This document shows positions 28,283-38,649 of a DNA stretch of 64,000 nt, one piece after another. Under the pieces are notes generated by a model, which had not been told where the DNA came from, ran no database searches, and was given only the letters and a program-made list of their open reading frames with translations. The DNA is from an uncultured Frankineae bacterium (GTDB lineage Bacteria; Actinomycetota; Actinomycetes; Mycobacteriales; SCTD01), in the NCBI GenBank assembly GCA_902805775.1, contig CADCUB010000052.1:2666-66665 (forward strand), read 5' to 3'. Numbering within the stretch: position 1 is the stretch's first letter; every line of letters begins with the position of its first letter. A program made the translations under genes and the position numbers.

Positions 28283-29099
28283 CCCCGGGCCCGCCCTGTA
28301 CCGGCGCCTGAGCGGGAGCGCTCAGCGGCGTGACCATGGCCGACACCGCGTCGCGCAGCTGCTGCAGCTGGGCGGTGATCGCGTCGCGCTGCCGGGACAG
28401 CTCCTCCACCTGCCGCCGGGCCTGCGTCGTGATCGCGGCGGAGTCCTTCTGGCCCTGCTCGTGGAGCAGCTGGACGTCCTGGCGGGCCTGGGCGATGGCC
28501 TGCGCGGCCTCCCGCTCGGCCGAGGACCGCACGGCGTCGGCCTCGCGGCGGGCGGTGACGAGCAGGTTGTCGGCGTCGCGCTTGCCCTGGGAGCGGACCG
28601 CCTCGGCGTCGCGCTGCGCCTGCAGCGTCGCGGCCTCGGCCTGCTCGGCGCGCGAGCGCACCTCGCGCTCGCGCTGCTGCAGCGACAGCGCCGCCTCGCG
28701 GTTCTCCGCCGTCGCGCGCTCGCGTGCGGCCACGACGAGCTGCTCGGCCTCGTCCTTCGCCGACTCCCGCAGCGCGGCGGCCTCCTGCTCGGCCAGCCGC
28801 AGCATGGCGGCCAGGCGCTCGGTCAGCCGGGACGCCGGCTCGGGCCGGCCCGCGGCCCGCTCCTCCGCCTCGTCGAGGCGGGTCCGCAGCGCGTCGAGCT
28901 CGTTCTGCAGCGCGGTCAGCCGGGCGCTGTCCTGGGCGTGGCGCTGGTCGAGGCCGTTGATGTGCTCGTCGACCCGGTCGAGGTAGTCGTCGACCTGCCT
29001 GCGGTCGTAGCCGCCGAAGCGCACGACGTCGAAGCCGACGGGCTCGGCCACCTCCATCGGGACGAGGTCGTCGTGCACAGACGTGTCGCTCGCGGTCAT
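28242..29099 (-). CDS. DivIVA-domain coiled-coil protein
   Basis: ORF 28242..29162 trimmed to ATG 29099. DivIVA-type N-terminal motif FDVVRFGGYDRRQVDDYLDRV, followed by a long Ala/Glu/Arg/Gln coiled coil. Confidence 0.75.
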   Translation of the reverse strand: MTASDTSVHDDLVPMEVAEPVGFDVVRFGGYDRRQVDDYLDRVDEHINGLDQRHAQDSARLTALQNELDALRTRLDEAEERAAGRPEPASRLTERLAAMLRLAEQEAAALRESAKDEAEQLVVAARERATAENREAALSLQQREREVRSRAEQAEAATLQAQRDAEAVRSQGKRDADNLLVTARREADAVRSSAEREAAQAIAQARQDVQLLHEQGQKDSAAITTQARRQVEELSRQRDAITAQLQQLRDAVSAMVTPLSAPAQAPVQGGPGGARQSSARVRPGE

Positions 29100-29105
29100 G
29101 GACCT

Positions 29106-29111
29106 GTGATA
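29106..29111 (-). promoter_or_regulatory. candidate -10 hexamer TATCAC (minus strand), 6 nt upstream of the ATG of the DivIVA-domain gene (possible leaderless mRNA)
   Basis: The plus strand reads GTGATA at 29106-29111. No SD. Confidence 0.25.
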
Positions 29112-29189
29112 CCACTCGTAGCCGCTCGCGGGGAGTTCCGCCACACGAGGTGCTGCCCGCACGCCGGTCGAGGCGGCCTGCGGCCGGGC

Positions 29190-30527
29190 TCAGACCTCCC
29201 GGAAGCGGTTGATCGCCGGCAGGTGCCGGGCCCGGAACGCCGCGGCCTCCGGCTCGACGCCCAGGCCCTCCGACGGCGCCAGGCACAGCACGCCGACCTT
29301 GCCCGAGTGCAGGTTGGCGTGCACGTCGTACGCCGCCTGCCCGGTCTGCTCCAGCGGGTAGGTCCGCGACAGCGTGGGGTGGATGAGCCCTCGGCTGATC
29401 AGCCGGTTGGCCTCCCAGCTCTCCCGGTAGTTGGCGAAGTGCGAGCCGACGATCCGCTTGAGGTTCATCCAGAAGTAGCGGTTGTCGTAGCTGTGCATGT
29501 AGCCGCTGGTCGAGGCGCAGGTGGTGATCACGCCGCCCTTGCGGGTGACGTAGACCGACGCGCCGAAGGTCTCGCGCCCCGGGTGCTCGAAGACGATGTC
29601 GATGTCCTCGCCGCCGGTCAGCTCCCGGATCCGCTTGCCGAAGCGCTGCCACTCCTTCGGGTCCTGGGTGTGCTCGTCCTTCCAGAAGCGGTAGTCCTCG
29701 GCGCTGCGGTCGATGACGAGCTCGGCGCCCATCCGCCGCACGATCTCGGCCTTCTCCGGGCTGCTCACGACGCAGACGGGCACCGCCCCGCCGTTGAGGG
29801 CGTACTGCGTGGCGTAGGAGCCCAGGCCGCCGCTGGCGCCCCAGATCAGGACGAAGTCGCCCTGCTTCATCGCCGCGCCGTTCTTGCTCACCAGCTGGCG
29901 GTACGCGGTGGAGTTCACCAGTCCCGGGGCCGCGGCCTCCTCCCAGGTCAGGTGCGCGGGCTTCGGCATGAGCTGGTTGGTCTTGACCAGCGCCAGCTCG
30001 GCCAGTCCGCCGAAGTTGGTCTCGAAGCCCCAGATGCGCTGCTGCGGGTCCAGCATCGTGTCGTCGTGGCCCTGGGGGTCCTCGAGCTCGACGGACAGGC
30101 AGTGGGCGACGACCTTGTCGCCGGGCGACCACTTGCTCACCCCCGGTCCGACGGCGAGCACCACGCCGGACAGGTCGGACCCGACGACGTGGTAGGGCAG
30201 GTCGTGGCGGGCCGTCAGGTCGTTGAGCCGGCCGTAGCGCTCGAGGAACCCGAAGGTCGAGACCGGCTCGAAGATCGCGGTCCAGACGGTGTTGAAGTTC
30301 ACCGACGACGCCATCACCGCGACGATCGCCTCGCCGGGCCCGAGCTCGGGCGTGGCCACCTCGTCGACGTGCAGGCTCAGCCGCGGGTCCTTGTCGCGCG
30401 AGGCGAGCCCCGCGAACATCGTCTGCTCGTCCTTGCGCACGACGACGCCGCGGTAGGACTCCGGGACCTCCGTCCCGGCGAGGGCGGAGGTGTCACCGGA
30501 CAGGATCGCGTCGCGGATCTCGAGCAT
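29190..30527 (-). CDS. ccr: crotonyl-CoA carboxylase/reductase
   Basis: ORF 29190..30644 trimmed to ATG 30527 (MLEIRDAILSG..) after a GGGAAGG SD. 445 aa. Characteristic ..FETNFGGLAELALVK.. and ..GKVGVLCLAP.. segments of Ccr-type MDR reductases. Confidence 0.85.
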   Translation of the reverse strand: MLEIRDAILSGDTSALAGTEVPESYRGVVVRKDEQTMFAGLASRDKDPRLSLHVDEVATPELGPGEAIVAVMASSVNFNTVWTAIFEPVSTFGFLERYGRLNDLTARHDLPYHVVGSDLSGVVLAVGPGVSKWSPGDKVVAHCLSVELEDPQGHDDTMLDPQQRIWGFETNFGGLAELALVKTNQLMPKPAHLTWEEAAAPGLVNSTAYRQLVSKNGAAMKQGDFVLIWGASGGLGSYATQYALNGGAVPVCVVSSPEKAEIVRRMGAELVIDRSAEDYRFWKDEHTQDPKEWQRFGKRIRELTGGEDIDIVFEHPGRETFGASVYVTRKGGVITTCASTSGYMHSYDNRYFWMNLKRIVGSHFANYRESWEANRLISRGLIHPTLSRTYPLEQTGQAAYDVHANLHSGKVGVLCLAPSEGLGVEPEAAAFRARHLPAINRFREV

Positions 30528-30653
30528 CGTCAGCCTTCCCTCGCGAGCGAGCAGCCCCGGTCCGCGGGAGCGTACCGACGGGTAACCCCGCCCGGACCTG
30601 CCCGAACGGGTCGGCCGGACCCGGCCGGGTGTGACGCTCGGCACAGCGGTCCG

Positions 30654-31082
30654 CTAGTGCGACGGTCCTTCCGGACCCGGCTCGACGAGCTCGACCAGCA
30701 CGCCGCCGGCGCTGCGCGGGTGCACGAAGTTGACCCGGCTCCCGGCGGTCCCGCGCCGAGGCTCGTCGTAGAGCAGGTGCATGCCCTGGGCCCGCAGGTG
30801 CGCGCTCACCTCGTCGATCGAGTCGACCCGGTAGGCCATCTGCTGGATGCCCGGTCCGCTGCGGTCGAGGAAGCGCCCGATGGGGCTGTCGGGCGACAGC
30901 GGCGCGAGCAGCTGCAGGTAGGACCCGGAGTCGCCGACCGCCATCATCGCCTCGCGCACGCCCTGCTCCTCGTTCACCTCGGTGTGCACGCAGCGCATCC
31001 CGAAGCTCGTCTCGTACATCGCGACGGCGGCGTCGAGGTCGGCGACGGCGATGCCGACGTGGTCGATGTGCGTGACGCGCAC
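30654..31082 (-). CDS. mce: methylmalonyl-CoA epimerase (VOC/glyoxalase fold)
   Basis: 142 aa. HIDHVGIAV.. start and ..[18 protein letters not shown].. end. Position next to the thiolase, as for Rv1322A-Rv1323. Confidence 0.8.
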   Translation of the reverse strand: MRVTHIDHVGIAVADLDAAVAMYETSFGMRCVHTEVNEEQGVREAMMAVGDSGSYLQLLAPLSPDSPIGRFLDRSGPGIQQMAYRVDSIDEVSAHLRAQGMHLLYDEPRRGTAGSRVNFVHPRSAGGVLVELVEPGPEGPSH

Positions 31083-31171
31083 GGCGGGCTCCTCGGGCCG
31101 GGAGGAAGGGGGCGCCGGGTATCCTCGCAGCCCCGCGTCCGGCTCGCCGGACCCGCATCGCAGGAGGTCCC

Positions 31172-32362
31172 GTGGCCGCAGACCGCACCGTCCTCGTCGG
31201 TGGTGCCCGCACGCCGATCGGCAAGCTCTCGGGCGGGCTCGCCTCCCTCACCGCCATGGACCTCGGCGGGATCGCCATCGCGGCCGCGCTCGACCGGGCG
31301 GGCATCTCCGGCGACGCGGTCGACTACGTCGTCCTGGGCCAGGTCCTGCAGGCGGGCCAGGGTCAGATCACCGCCCGCCAGGCGGCGGTCAAGGGCGGCA
31401 TCCCGATGCGGGTCCCTGCCCTGACGATCAACAAGGTGTGCCTGTCGGGCCTGGGCGCCATCGCGATGGCCGACCAGCTCATCCGCGCCGGCGAGTTCGA
31501 GGTCGTCGTGGCCGGCGGCATGGAGTCGATGACCAACGCGCCCTACCTGCTGCCCAAGGCGCGTCAGGGCTACCGCTACGGCAACGCCGAGCTGGTCGAC
31601 GCCACGTTCCACGACGGGCTCTACGACGCCTTCGACGCCGAGGCGATGGGCGAGTCGACGGAGAAGCACAACGACTCCTACGGCTTCACCCGCGAGCAGC
31701 AGGACGAGTACGCCGCCCGCAGCCACGAGCTGGCCGCCGCCGCGATCAAGGAGGGGCGCTTCGTCGACGAGATCGTCCCCGTGCCGGTGCCCCAGCGCAG
31801 GGGCGAGCCGGTGCTGTTCACCGAGGACGAGGGCGTGCGGCCGGGCACCACCGTGGAGTCGCTCGGCCGGCTGTCGCCGGCGTTCCGCAAGGGCGGGACC
31901 ATCACCGCGGGCAACGCCTCGCAGATCTCCGACGGGGCCGCAGCCGTGGTCGTCATGACCCGGGCCAAGGCCGAGCAGCTCGGCGTCGCCGACCGGGTCC
32001 TGGCCGAGATCGGCGCCCACGGCGTGGTGGCGGGCCCCGACAACAGCCTCCAGCTGCAGCCGGCCAACGCGCTGCGGGCCGCCGTCGCCAAGAGCGACGT
32101 GGCGCTCGAGGACCTGCGCGCGATCGAGGTGAACGAGGCCTTCGCCGCCGTCGGGCTGGCCTCGCAGCGCGAGCTCGGTCTGGGCAACGACGTGTTCAAC
32201 CCCAACGGCGGCGCCATCGCCCTGGGCCACCCGATCGGCGCCTCGGGCGCCCGCCTCGCCCTGACCGTCGTGCACGAGCTGCGCCGGCGGGGCGGCGGCG
32301 CCGGCGCCGCGGCGCTGTGCGGCGGCGGCGGCCAGGGCGACGCCCTCATCCTCCACGTCTGA
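31172..32362 (+). CDS. acetyl-CoA C-acetyltransferase (thiolase II, FadA4 class)
   Basis: 396 aa. Active-site Cys in [12 protein letters not shown]-terminal [18 protein letters not shown] and [12 protein letters not shown]. Confidence 0.95.
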   Translation: MAADRTVLVGGARTPIGKLSGGLASLTAMDLGGIAIAAALDRAGISGDAVDYVVLGQVLQAGQGQITARQAAVKGGIPMRVPALTINKVCLSGLGAIAMADQLIRAGEFEVVVAGGMESMTNAPYLLPKARQGYRYGNAELVDATFHDGLYDAFDAEAMGESTEKHNDSYGFTREQQDEYAARSHELAAAAIKEGRFVDEIVPVPVPQRRGEPVLFTEDEGVRPGTTVESLGRLSPAFRKGGTITAGNASQISDGAAAVVVMTRAKAEQLGVADRVLAEIGAHGVVAGPDNSLQLQPANALRAAVAKSDVALEDLRAIEVNEAFAAVGLASQRELGLGNDVFNPNGGAIALGHPIGASGARLALTVVHELRRRGGGAGAAALCGGGGQGDALILHV

Positions 32363-33427
32363 GTGGCCGACCCCGGGCCCGGCGCCGCACCGGCGACGGC
32401 CGGCCGCCGGGCCCTGGACGTCGGCCGGCTCGTCGAGCAGGCGACCGGAGGTGACCCGGCGCACCGGGCCCGCGCCGTCGGCCGCCTCATCAGCCTGGTC
32501 GAGGACGCCAGCCCGGCGCTGCGCGAGGTGATGGCGCAGCTGGCCCCGCGCGCCGGAGCCGCGCGCGTCATCGGGCTGACCGGCTCGCCCGGCGTCGGCA
32601 AGAGCACCTCGACGAGCGCGCTGGTCGCCGCCTACCGCCGCAGGGGCGTGCGGGTCGGTGTGCTGGCGGTCGACCCCACCTCGCCGTTCTCCGGGGGAGC
32701 GCTGCTGGGGGACCGGGTGCGCATGCAGGAGCACGCCACGGACGAGGGGGTGTTCATCCGCTCGATGGCCAGTCGCGGGCACCTCGGCGGGCTGTCCTGG
32801 GCGACGCCGCAGGCGCTGCGGGTGCTGTCGGCCGCCGGCTGCGAGGTGGTCCTGGTCGAGACGGTCGGGGTGGGGCAGGCCGAGGTCGAGGTCGCCCGGC
32901 TGGCCGACACCACGCTGGTGCTGCTCGCCCCCGGCATGGGCGACGCCGTCCAGGCCGCCAAGGCCGGCATCCTCGAGGTGGCGGACGTCTTCGTGGTCAA
33001 CAAGGCCGACCGCGACGGCGCCGACCGGGTGGTGAGCGACCTGCGCCACATGCAGTCGCTGGCGAGCACCGCTCCGGCCCAGGCCCGCGTGCAGGGCGAG
33101 TGGGTGGCGCCTGTCGTCCGGACGGTCGCCTCGCGCGGCGAGGGGGTCGACGAGGTCGTCGACCGGGTCGAGGAGCACGCCGCCTGGATGTCGCGCTCCG
33201 GCGTGCTGGAGCAGCGCCGCCGCCGGCGGGCGGCCGACGAGGTGGAGGCCATCGCGCTCACCGCCCTGCGGGCCCGCATCGGCGACCTGCGCGACGGTGA
33301 CGCCCTCCAGCTGCTGGCCGCGCGCGTCGTCGACGGCGTGCTGGACCCCTACGCGGCGGCCGACGAGCTGGTCGCCGGGGTGGGTGCCGGGCTGCGCGCC
33401 GGTCCAGGCCTGGCCGCAGCGCCGTGA
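32363..33427 (+). CDS. meaB: methylmalonyl-CoA-mutase-associated GTPase MeaB (ArgK)
   Basis: 354 aa. Walker A GSPGVGKST and NKADRDG (NKxD). The GTG start directly after the thiolase stop is uncertain. Confidence 0.85.
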   Translation: MADPGPGAAPATAGRRALDVGRLVEQATGGDPAHRARAVGRLISLVEDASPALREVMAQLAPRAGAARVIGLTGSPGVGKSTSTSALVAAYRRRGVRVGVLAVDPTSPFSGGALLGDRVRMQEHATDEGVFIRSMASRGHLGGLSWATPQALRVLSAAGCEVVLVETVGVGQAEVEVARLADTTLVLLAPGMGDAVQAAKAGILEVADVFVVNKADRDGADRVVSDLRHMQSLASTAPAQARVQGEWVAPVVRTVASRGEGVDEVVDRVEEHAAWMSRSGVLEQRRRRRAADEVEAIALTALRARIGDLRDGDALQLLAARVVDGVLDPYAAADELVAGVGAGLRAGPGLAAAP

Positions 33428-33589
33428 GGCGCTCCGGAGCGCTGGAGGAGGCGCTGGCGCACACGCTGCGTTCGTGCTCGTCGCGCTCGGCGCACCGCGC
33501 CTGACCACCTGGACAGGGCCGCCCCCGCCGGGCGGGTGAGGTCGGCGATCAGCGGTGTCGCGCACGCGCCCGGATGACGTACGTTCCGT

Positions 33590-33616
33590 GTGGCGCAGGT
33601 CTCAGACCTGCGCCAC
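33590..33616. promoter_or_regulatory. perfect 27-nt palindrome GTGGCGCAGGTC-TCA-GACCTGCGCCAC (12-bp arms), in the 323-nt spacer between meaB and the cox-like operon
   Basis: Every arm position was checked and is complementary. It could be the meaB terminator or an operator for the downstream operon. Confidence 0.5.
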
Positions 33617-33750
33617 TCGCGACTGACGACCCCGGGTCCCGCCGCACGGCACCGCTGACCAGGTCCTCCGGGACACCGGCGGGCCGCCGCGGCAGCCGGT
33701 GCCGGCCGCCGCGAGCCCCGCACGCCCCGCGAGCCCCGGAGAGGTACTGG

Positions 33751-34317
33751 ATGCGCGTACGCATGAAGGTCGACGGCGTCACCTACGAGGACGAGGTGCA
33801 GCCACGCACCCTCCTCACGCACCACCTGCGCGACGGCCTCGGGCGCGTCGGCACCCCCATCGGCTGCGACACGTCGAGCTGCGGCGCGTGCACGGTCGAC
33901 ATCGACGGGGAGAGCGTGAAGTCCTGCTCGGTGCTGGCGGTCCAGGCCGACGGCAGCACGATCACGACCATCCAGGGCCTGTCCGGGGCGGAGAACGGCG
34001 ACAGCAGCACCTGGCACCCGGTGCAGAAGGCCTTCCAGGAGCACCACGGGCTGCAGTGCGGCTACTGCACGCCCGGCATGATCATGGCGACGGTCGACCT
34101 GCTCAAGCGCAACCCCTCCCCGAGCGAGGACGAGGTCCGGCACGGGCTCGAGGGCAACCTGTGCCGCTGCACCGGCTACCAGAACATCGTCAAGGCCGTC
34201 CTGTCGGCCGCCTCCGAGCTGCGCGGGGAGGGCCCGCTGCCCGGCTCGTTCCAGGACGCCCCCGAGAACGACACAGCCCAGACCCCCGCAGCCGAGACCG
34301 CCGGAGCGCCCGCATGA
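33751..34317 (+). CDS. coxS: molybdenum hydroxylase small subunit, [2Fe-2S]-binding (CoxS/CutS type)
   Basis: ORF 33574..34317 trimmed to ATG 33751 after GGAGAGG. Cys clusters [18 protein letters not shown] and CRCTGY. Confidence 0.9.
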   Translation: MRVRMKVDGVTYEDEVQPRTLLTHHLRDGLGRVGTPIGCDTSSCGACTVDIDGESVKSCSVLAVQADGSTITTIQGLSGAENGDSSTWHPVQKAFQEHHGLQCGYCTPGMIMATVDLLKRNPSPSEDEVRHGLEGNLCRCTGYQNIVKAVLSAASELRGEGPLPGSFQDAPENDTAQTPAAETAGAPA

Positions 34318-36854
34318 CCGACCAGATGGACGCGGGGATCGTCGCGCAGCAGATCGCCGAGCACCCGGACGCGCTGTCCAAGCCGTACGCCGGCGGAGAG
34401 CTCGGCCGCGGGCGGCGTCGCAAGGAGGACGCCAAGCTCGTCACCGGCCAGACCAACTGGACCGACAACATCTCCCTGCCGGGCCTGCTGCACATGACGG
34501 TCCTGCGCAGCCCCATGGCGCACGCGAAGATCGTCTCGGTGGACGTCTCGGCCGCCCTCGAGCTGCCCGGCGTCATCGCGGCCTACAGCGGCGCCGACCT
34601 CGCCGACGTCATGGGCGCCTCCATGCCGTGCGCCTGGCCGGTCACGCCCGACATGGTCTCGCCGGTGCACACGCCGCTCGCGACCGACGAGGTGCGCTAC
34701 GTCGGTGACGGCGTCGCGGTCGTCGTCGCCCGCGACCGCTACGCCGCCGCGGACGCCCTCGAGGCGATCGCGGTGGAGTACGAGCAGCTGCCGGCGGTCG
34801 TCGACATGGAGGAGGCGCTCAAGCCGGGCGCCCCCCTCGTGCACAGCGACAAGGGCACCAACCAGTGCTTCCTGTTCGACTTCCCGGGCGCCGGCGCCGA
34901 CTACGCCGAGACCGTCCGGGGCGCCGGTGACGACGCGGTCGTCGTGCGGCGCCGGTTCCGCCAGCAGCGCCTGCTGCCGACGCCGATGGAGCCCCGCGGC
35001 GTCGTCGTCGCGCCGATCGCGGCCGCCGACGAGTTCACGATGTGGTCGACGACCCAGATCCCGCACGTCCTGCGCGTCATGCTCGCCCTGACCACCGGCA
35101 TCCCCGAGCACAAGCTGCGGGTCGTCGCCCCCGACGTGGGCGGCGGGTTCGGCGCCAAGCTGAACGTCTACGCCGAGGAGATCCTCGCGCTCGTCGTCGC
35201 GCGCAAGCTGGGCCGCCCGGTGAAGTGGACCGAGTCGCGCAGCGAGAACTACCAGGCCACCACGCACGGCCGCGACCAGATCCAGGACATCGAGATCGCC
35301 GCGACCAAGGACGGCACGCTGCTCGGCCTGAAGGTCGAGCTGCTCGCCGACATGGGCGCCTACCTGCAGCTGATCACCCCCGGCGTGCCGGTCCTGGGGG
35401 CGTTCATGTTCCCCGCCATCTACAAGATGCCGAGCTACCACTTCACCTGCACCGGCGTGTTCACCACCAAGACGCCCACCGACGCCTACCGCGGCGCCGG
35501 CCGCCCGGAGGCGACGTACGCCATCGAGCGGATCATGGACGAGCTGGCCGCCGAGCTCGGGCGCGACCCGATGGAGCTGCGCCGGCAGAACTGGATCACG
35601 CACGAGGAGTTCCCCTACGAGATGGTCGCGGGGCTCACCTACGACTCGGGCAACTACGAGGCCGCCACCGACAAGGCCGAGCAGATGTTCGACATGGCCG
35701 GGCTGCGGCGCGAGCAGGCCGAGCGGCGTGAGCGCAAGGACCCCGTCCAGCTCGGCATCGGCATCTCGACCTTCACCGAGATGTGCGGCCTGGCGCCCTC
35801 CCGGGTCCTCGGCTCGCTGTCGTACGGCGCCGGTGGCTGGGAGTCGGCCTCGGTGCGGATGCTGCCGACCGGCAAGGTCGAGGTGGTGTCGGGTGCGACG
35901 CCGCACGGCCAGGGCCACCACACCGCGTGGAGCCAGATCGTCGCCGACTCGCTCGGGGTGCCGTTCGAGGACGTCGAGCTGGTCGCCGGTGACACCAGGT
36001 CCAGTCCCAAGGGCATGGACACCTACGGCTCGCGCTCGCTCGTCGTCGGCGGCGTGGCGATCCACAAGGCGACCGGCAAGGTGATCGAGAAGGCCAAGCG
36101 CATCGCCGCCCACCTGCTCGAGGCCAGCGAGGACGACCTCGACTTCGGCAAGGGCACGTTCTCGGTCAAGGGCTCGCCCGAGGCCAAGCTGACGATCCAG
36201 GAGGTCGCGCTGGCGACCTTCGCGGCACACAACCTGCCCGACGGCATGGAGCCGAGCCTGGACAGCGACTACGTCTACGACCCGGAGAACTTCAGCTACC
36301 CGCACGGCACCCACCTGTGCGCGGTGGACATCGACACCGAGACCGGGTTCACGAAGATCCGTCGCTACGTCTGCGTCGACGACGTGGGCAAGATCGTCAA
36401 CCCGGTGATCGTCGAGGGCCAGATCCACGGCGGGCTCGCCCAGGGCATCGCCCAGGCGCTGTACGAGGAGGCCGTCTACGACGCCGAGGGCAACCTCACG
36501 ACCGGCTCGCTGGTCGACTACCTCGTCCCGGCCGCGCCCGACCTGCCGCACTTCGACACCGGCCGCACCGAGACCCCTGCGACGAGCAACCCGCTGGGCG
36601 TCAAGGGCGTCGGCGAGGCCGGCACGATCGCCTCGACCCCCGCCGTGATCAACGCCGTGGTCGACGCGCTGCGCCCGTACGGCGTGGACGACATCGACAT
36701 GCCGGCCACGCCGGAGCGCGTCTGGCGGGCCCTGCAGGGCAGCGACGAGGAGCGGGCCACCGCCGGTACGGTCAGCTACGGGGGGTCCTCCACCGGCAGC
36801 ACAGGCGGTTCCGCCTCCTCCGACAGCCTCGAGAACGACGGGAGCGCCCGATGA
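34314..36854 (+). CDS. coxL: molybdenum hydroxylase large subunit, form II CoxL-like (AYRGAGR signature)
   Basis: ATG 34314 overlaps the coxS stop (ATGA). 846 aa. Active-site loop AYRGAGR encoded at 35484-35504, not the AYXCSFR loop of bona fide CO dehydrogenases. Confidence 0.9.
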   Translation: MTDQMDAGIVAQQIAEHPDALSKPYAGGELGRGRRRKEDAKLVTGQTNWTDNISLPGLLHMTVLRSPMAHAKIVSVDVSAALELPGVIAAYSGADLADVMGASMPCAWPVTPDMVSPVHTPLATDEVRYVGDGVAVVVARDRYAAADALEAIAVEYEQLPAVVDMEEALKPGAPLVHSDKGTNQCFLFDFPGAGADYAETVRGAGDDAVVVRRRFRQQRLLPTPMEPRGVVVAPIAAADEFTMWSTTQIPHVLRVMLALTTGIPEHKLRVVAPDVGGGFGAKLNVYAEEILALVVARKLGRPVKWTESRSENYQATTHGRDQIQDIEIAATKDGTLLGLKVELLADMGAYLQLITPGVPVLGAFMFPAIYKMPSYHFTCTGVFTTKTPTDAYRGAGRPEATYAIERIMDELAAELGRDPMELRRQNWITHEEFPYEMVAGLTYDSGNYEAATDKAEQMFDMAGLRREQAERRERKDPVQLGIGISTFTEMCGLAPSRVLGSLSYGAGGWESASVRMLPTGKVEVVSGATPHGQGHHTAWSQIVADSLGVPFEDVELVAGDTRSSPKGMDTYGSRSLVVGGVAIHKATGKVIEKAKRIAAHLLEASEDDLDFGKGTFSVKGSPEAKLTIQEVALATFAAHNLPDGMEPSLDSDYVYDPENFSYPHGTHLCAVDIDTETGFTKIRRYVCVDDVGKIVNPVIVEGQIHGGLAQGIAQALYEEAVYDAEGNLTTGSLVDYLVPAAPDLPHFDTGRTETPATSNPLGVKGVGEAGTIASTPAVINAVVDALRPYGVDDIDMPATPERVWRALQGSDEERATAGTVSYGGSSTGSTGGSASSDSLENDGSAR

Positions 36855-37711
36855 TCCCCCCCGAGTTCGACTACGTCGCGCCGACCACCCTCGCCGAGGC
36901 CGTGGCGGCCCTCGGCGAGGCCGGCGAGGACGCGAAGATCCTGGCCGGCGGGCAGAGCCTGATCCCGGTGCTGCGGCTGCGGCTGGCGTTCCCCACGACG
37001 CTGGTCGACCTGTCCCGCGTCCCCGAGCTGCGGGGCGTCAGCGAGGACGCCGACACGCTGGTCATCGGTGCGATGACCAAGCACAGCGACGTCGTCGAGG
37101 ACCCGCTCGTGCAGCAGCACGCCCCCCTGCTCTCGGAGGCCACGGCCACGGTCGCCGACCCGGCCGTGCGCCACCGGGGCACCTTCGGCGGGGCGCTGGC
37201 CCACGCCGACCCGGCCGGCGACCTGGCGGCCGTCGCGCTGGCCCTCGACGCCGAGCTGGTCGCCGAGGGCCCCGGCGGTCGCCGGACCATCCCGGCCAGG
37301 GACTTCTTCCTCGACTACCTCGAGACGTCCCTGTCGCCCGACGAGATCCTGGCCGCCGTGCGGATCCCCAAGCTGCGCGGCTCCTGGGGGGTGCGCTACG
37401 AGAAGTTCAACCGCGTCGCCCAGGCCTGGGCCATCGTCGGGGTCGCCGCGGCCGTGCGCACCGAGGGCGGCGCCATCGCCGAGGCGCGGATCGGGCTGAC
37501 GAACATGGGCTCGACCCCGGTCCGACCGGCTGCCGTCGAGGCGGCCCTGGTCGGTGCCTCCGACCGCGCGGCGGTGGTCGCCGCCTGCGCGGCCGTGGCC
37601 GAGGGGCTCACGCCGCCCTCCGACCTGGGCGCCCAGGCCGACTACCGCGCCCACCTGGCCCGCGTCCTGACGGCTCGGGCCGTGGCGCACGCGGCGGGGA
37701 TGAGCAGCTGA
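36851..37711 (+). CDS. coxM: molybdenum hydroxylase medium subunit, FAD-binding (CoxM/CutM type)
   Basis: ATG 36851 overlaps the coxL stop. Motifs ..AKILAGGQSLIPVLRLRL.. and ..RHRGTFGGALAHADP... Confidence 0.9.
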   Translation: MIPPEFDYVAPTTLAEAVAALGEAGEDAKILAGGQSLIPVLRLRLAFPTTLVDLSRVPELRGVSEDADTLVIGAMTKHSDVVEDPLVQQHAPLLSEATATVADPAVRHRGTFGGALAHADPAGDLAAVALALDAELVAEGPGGRRTIPARDFFLDYLETSLSPDEILAAVRIPKLRGSWGVRYEKFNRVAQAWAIVGVAAAVRTEGGAIAEARIGLTNMGSTPVRPAAVEAALVGASDRAAVVAACAAVAEGLTPPSDLGAQADYRAHLARVLTARAVAHAAGMSS

Positions 37712-37755
37712 GCTCGACCGCTCCCGGGGCCCGGCGGGGCCTGCTCCCCGAGGGG

Positions 37756-38649
37756 GTGCAGGACCCCGCCGGGCTCGCCCGTTCGCTGACCCGGGCCGGC
37801 TACTTCGCCGACGAGGGCGTCGCGACCGCGGCCTACCTCGCCCTGGCCCTGCCCCGCCCGCTGTTCCTGGAGGGTGAGGCGGGCGTGGGCAAGACCGCCC
37901 TCGCGCACGCGCTCGCCACGGTGGTGGGCGCCGACCTGCTGCGCCTGCAGTGCTACGAGGGCATCGACGCCTCGCAGGCGCTGTACGACTGGGACTTCCC
38001 GCGCCAGCTGCTGCACCTGCGGGCCGCCGAGTCGGCCGGGACCGCCACCGGTGCCGGTGACGCCGACCGGCTCGAGCACGAGGTGTACAGCCGGCGCTTC
38101 CTGCTCGCCCGCCCCCTGCTCGCGGCCCTCGAGACCTCACCTGCGGTGCTCCTCGTCGACGAGGTCGACCGTGCCGACGACGAGTTCGAGGCCTTCTTGC
38201 TCGAGGTGCTCTCGGACTACACGGTCACCGTCCCCGAGCTCGGCACGGTGCGGGCGGAGGTGCCGCCGATCGTGGTGGTGACGAGCAACCGCACCCGCGA
38301 GGTGCACGACGCCCTCAAGCGCCGCTGCCTCTACCACTGGGTCGAGCACCCGCGCTTCGACCGGGAGGTCGAGATCGTGCGCGCCCGGGTGCCGGAGGCC
38401 TCGGCGGCGCTCGCCGCGCAGGTCGCCGCCGCGGTCGGCGTGCTGCGCGCGGAGGACCTGCTCAAGCCGCCCGGCGTCGCCGAGACCATCGACTGGACCC
38501 TCGCGCTGGTCGCCCTGGGCGCCGACCGGCTCGACGCCGACACGGCGACCGCGACCCTCGGGGCGGTGCTGAAGTACCGCGAGGACCAGCTGCACGCCTC
38601 CCGCCTCGACGTGCAGAAGATGATCACCACGGCGGTGGCCGGTGGTTGA
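37756..38649 (+). CDS. coxD: MoxR-family AAA+ ATPase (CoxD-like maturation factor)
   Basis: 297 aa. Walker A GEAGVGKTALA and Walker B LLVDEVDRA. Confidence 0.85.
   Translation: MQDPAGLARSLTRAGYFADEGVATAAYLALALPRPLFLEGEAGVGKTALAHALATVVGADLLRLQCYEGIDASQALYDWDFPRQLLHLRAAESAGTATGAGDADRLEHEVYSRRFLLARPLLAALETSPAVLLVDEVDRADDEFEAFLLEVLSDYTVTVPELGTVRAEVPPIVVVTSNRTREVHDALKRRCLYHWVEHPRFDREVEIVRARVPEASAALAAQVAAAVGVLRAEDLLKPPGVAETIDWTLALVALGADRLDADTATATLGAVLKYREDQLHASRLDVQKMITTAVAGG

Noticed and set aside
27762-31424. 1220-aa plus-strand ORF; similar giant ORFs at 58591..61686 (+), 41026..42621 (-), 42641..44806 (-) and 55471..58761 (-)
   Set aside because: All are antisense or out of frame relative to genes with clear family motifs (AI-2E, DivIVA, ccr, mce; glgX; coxG; GH43; glgP). 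All have the Arg/Gly/Pro/Ala-rich composition of non-coding frames in high-GC DNA.
33428-33750. Possible Moco riboswitch or small gene in the 323-nt spacer before the molybdoenzyme operon
   Set aside because: I recognised no Moco-motif core. The only ORFs there (for example 33549..33782, minus strand) are Arg/Gly-rich and overlap the coxS start region. Only the palindrome at 33590-33616 was kept as a feature.
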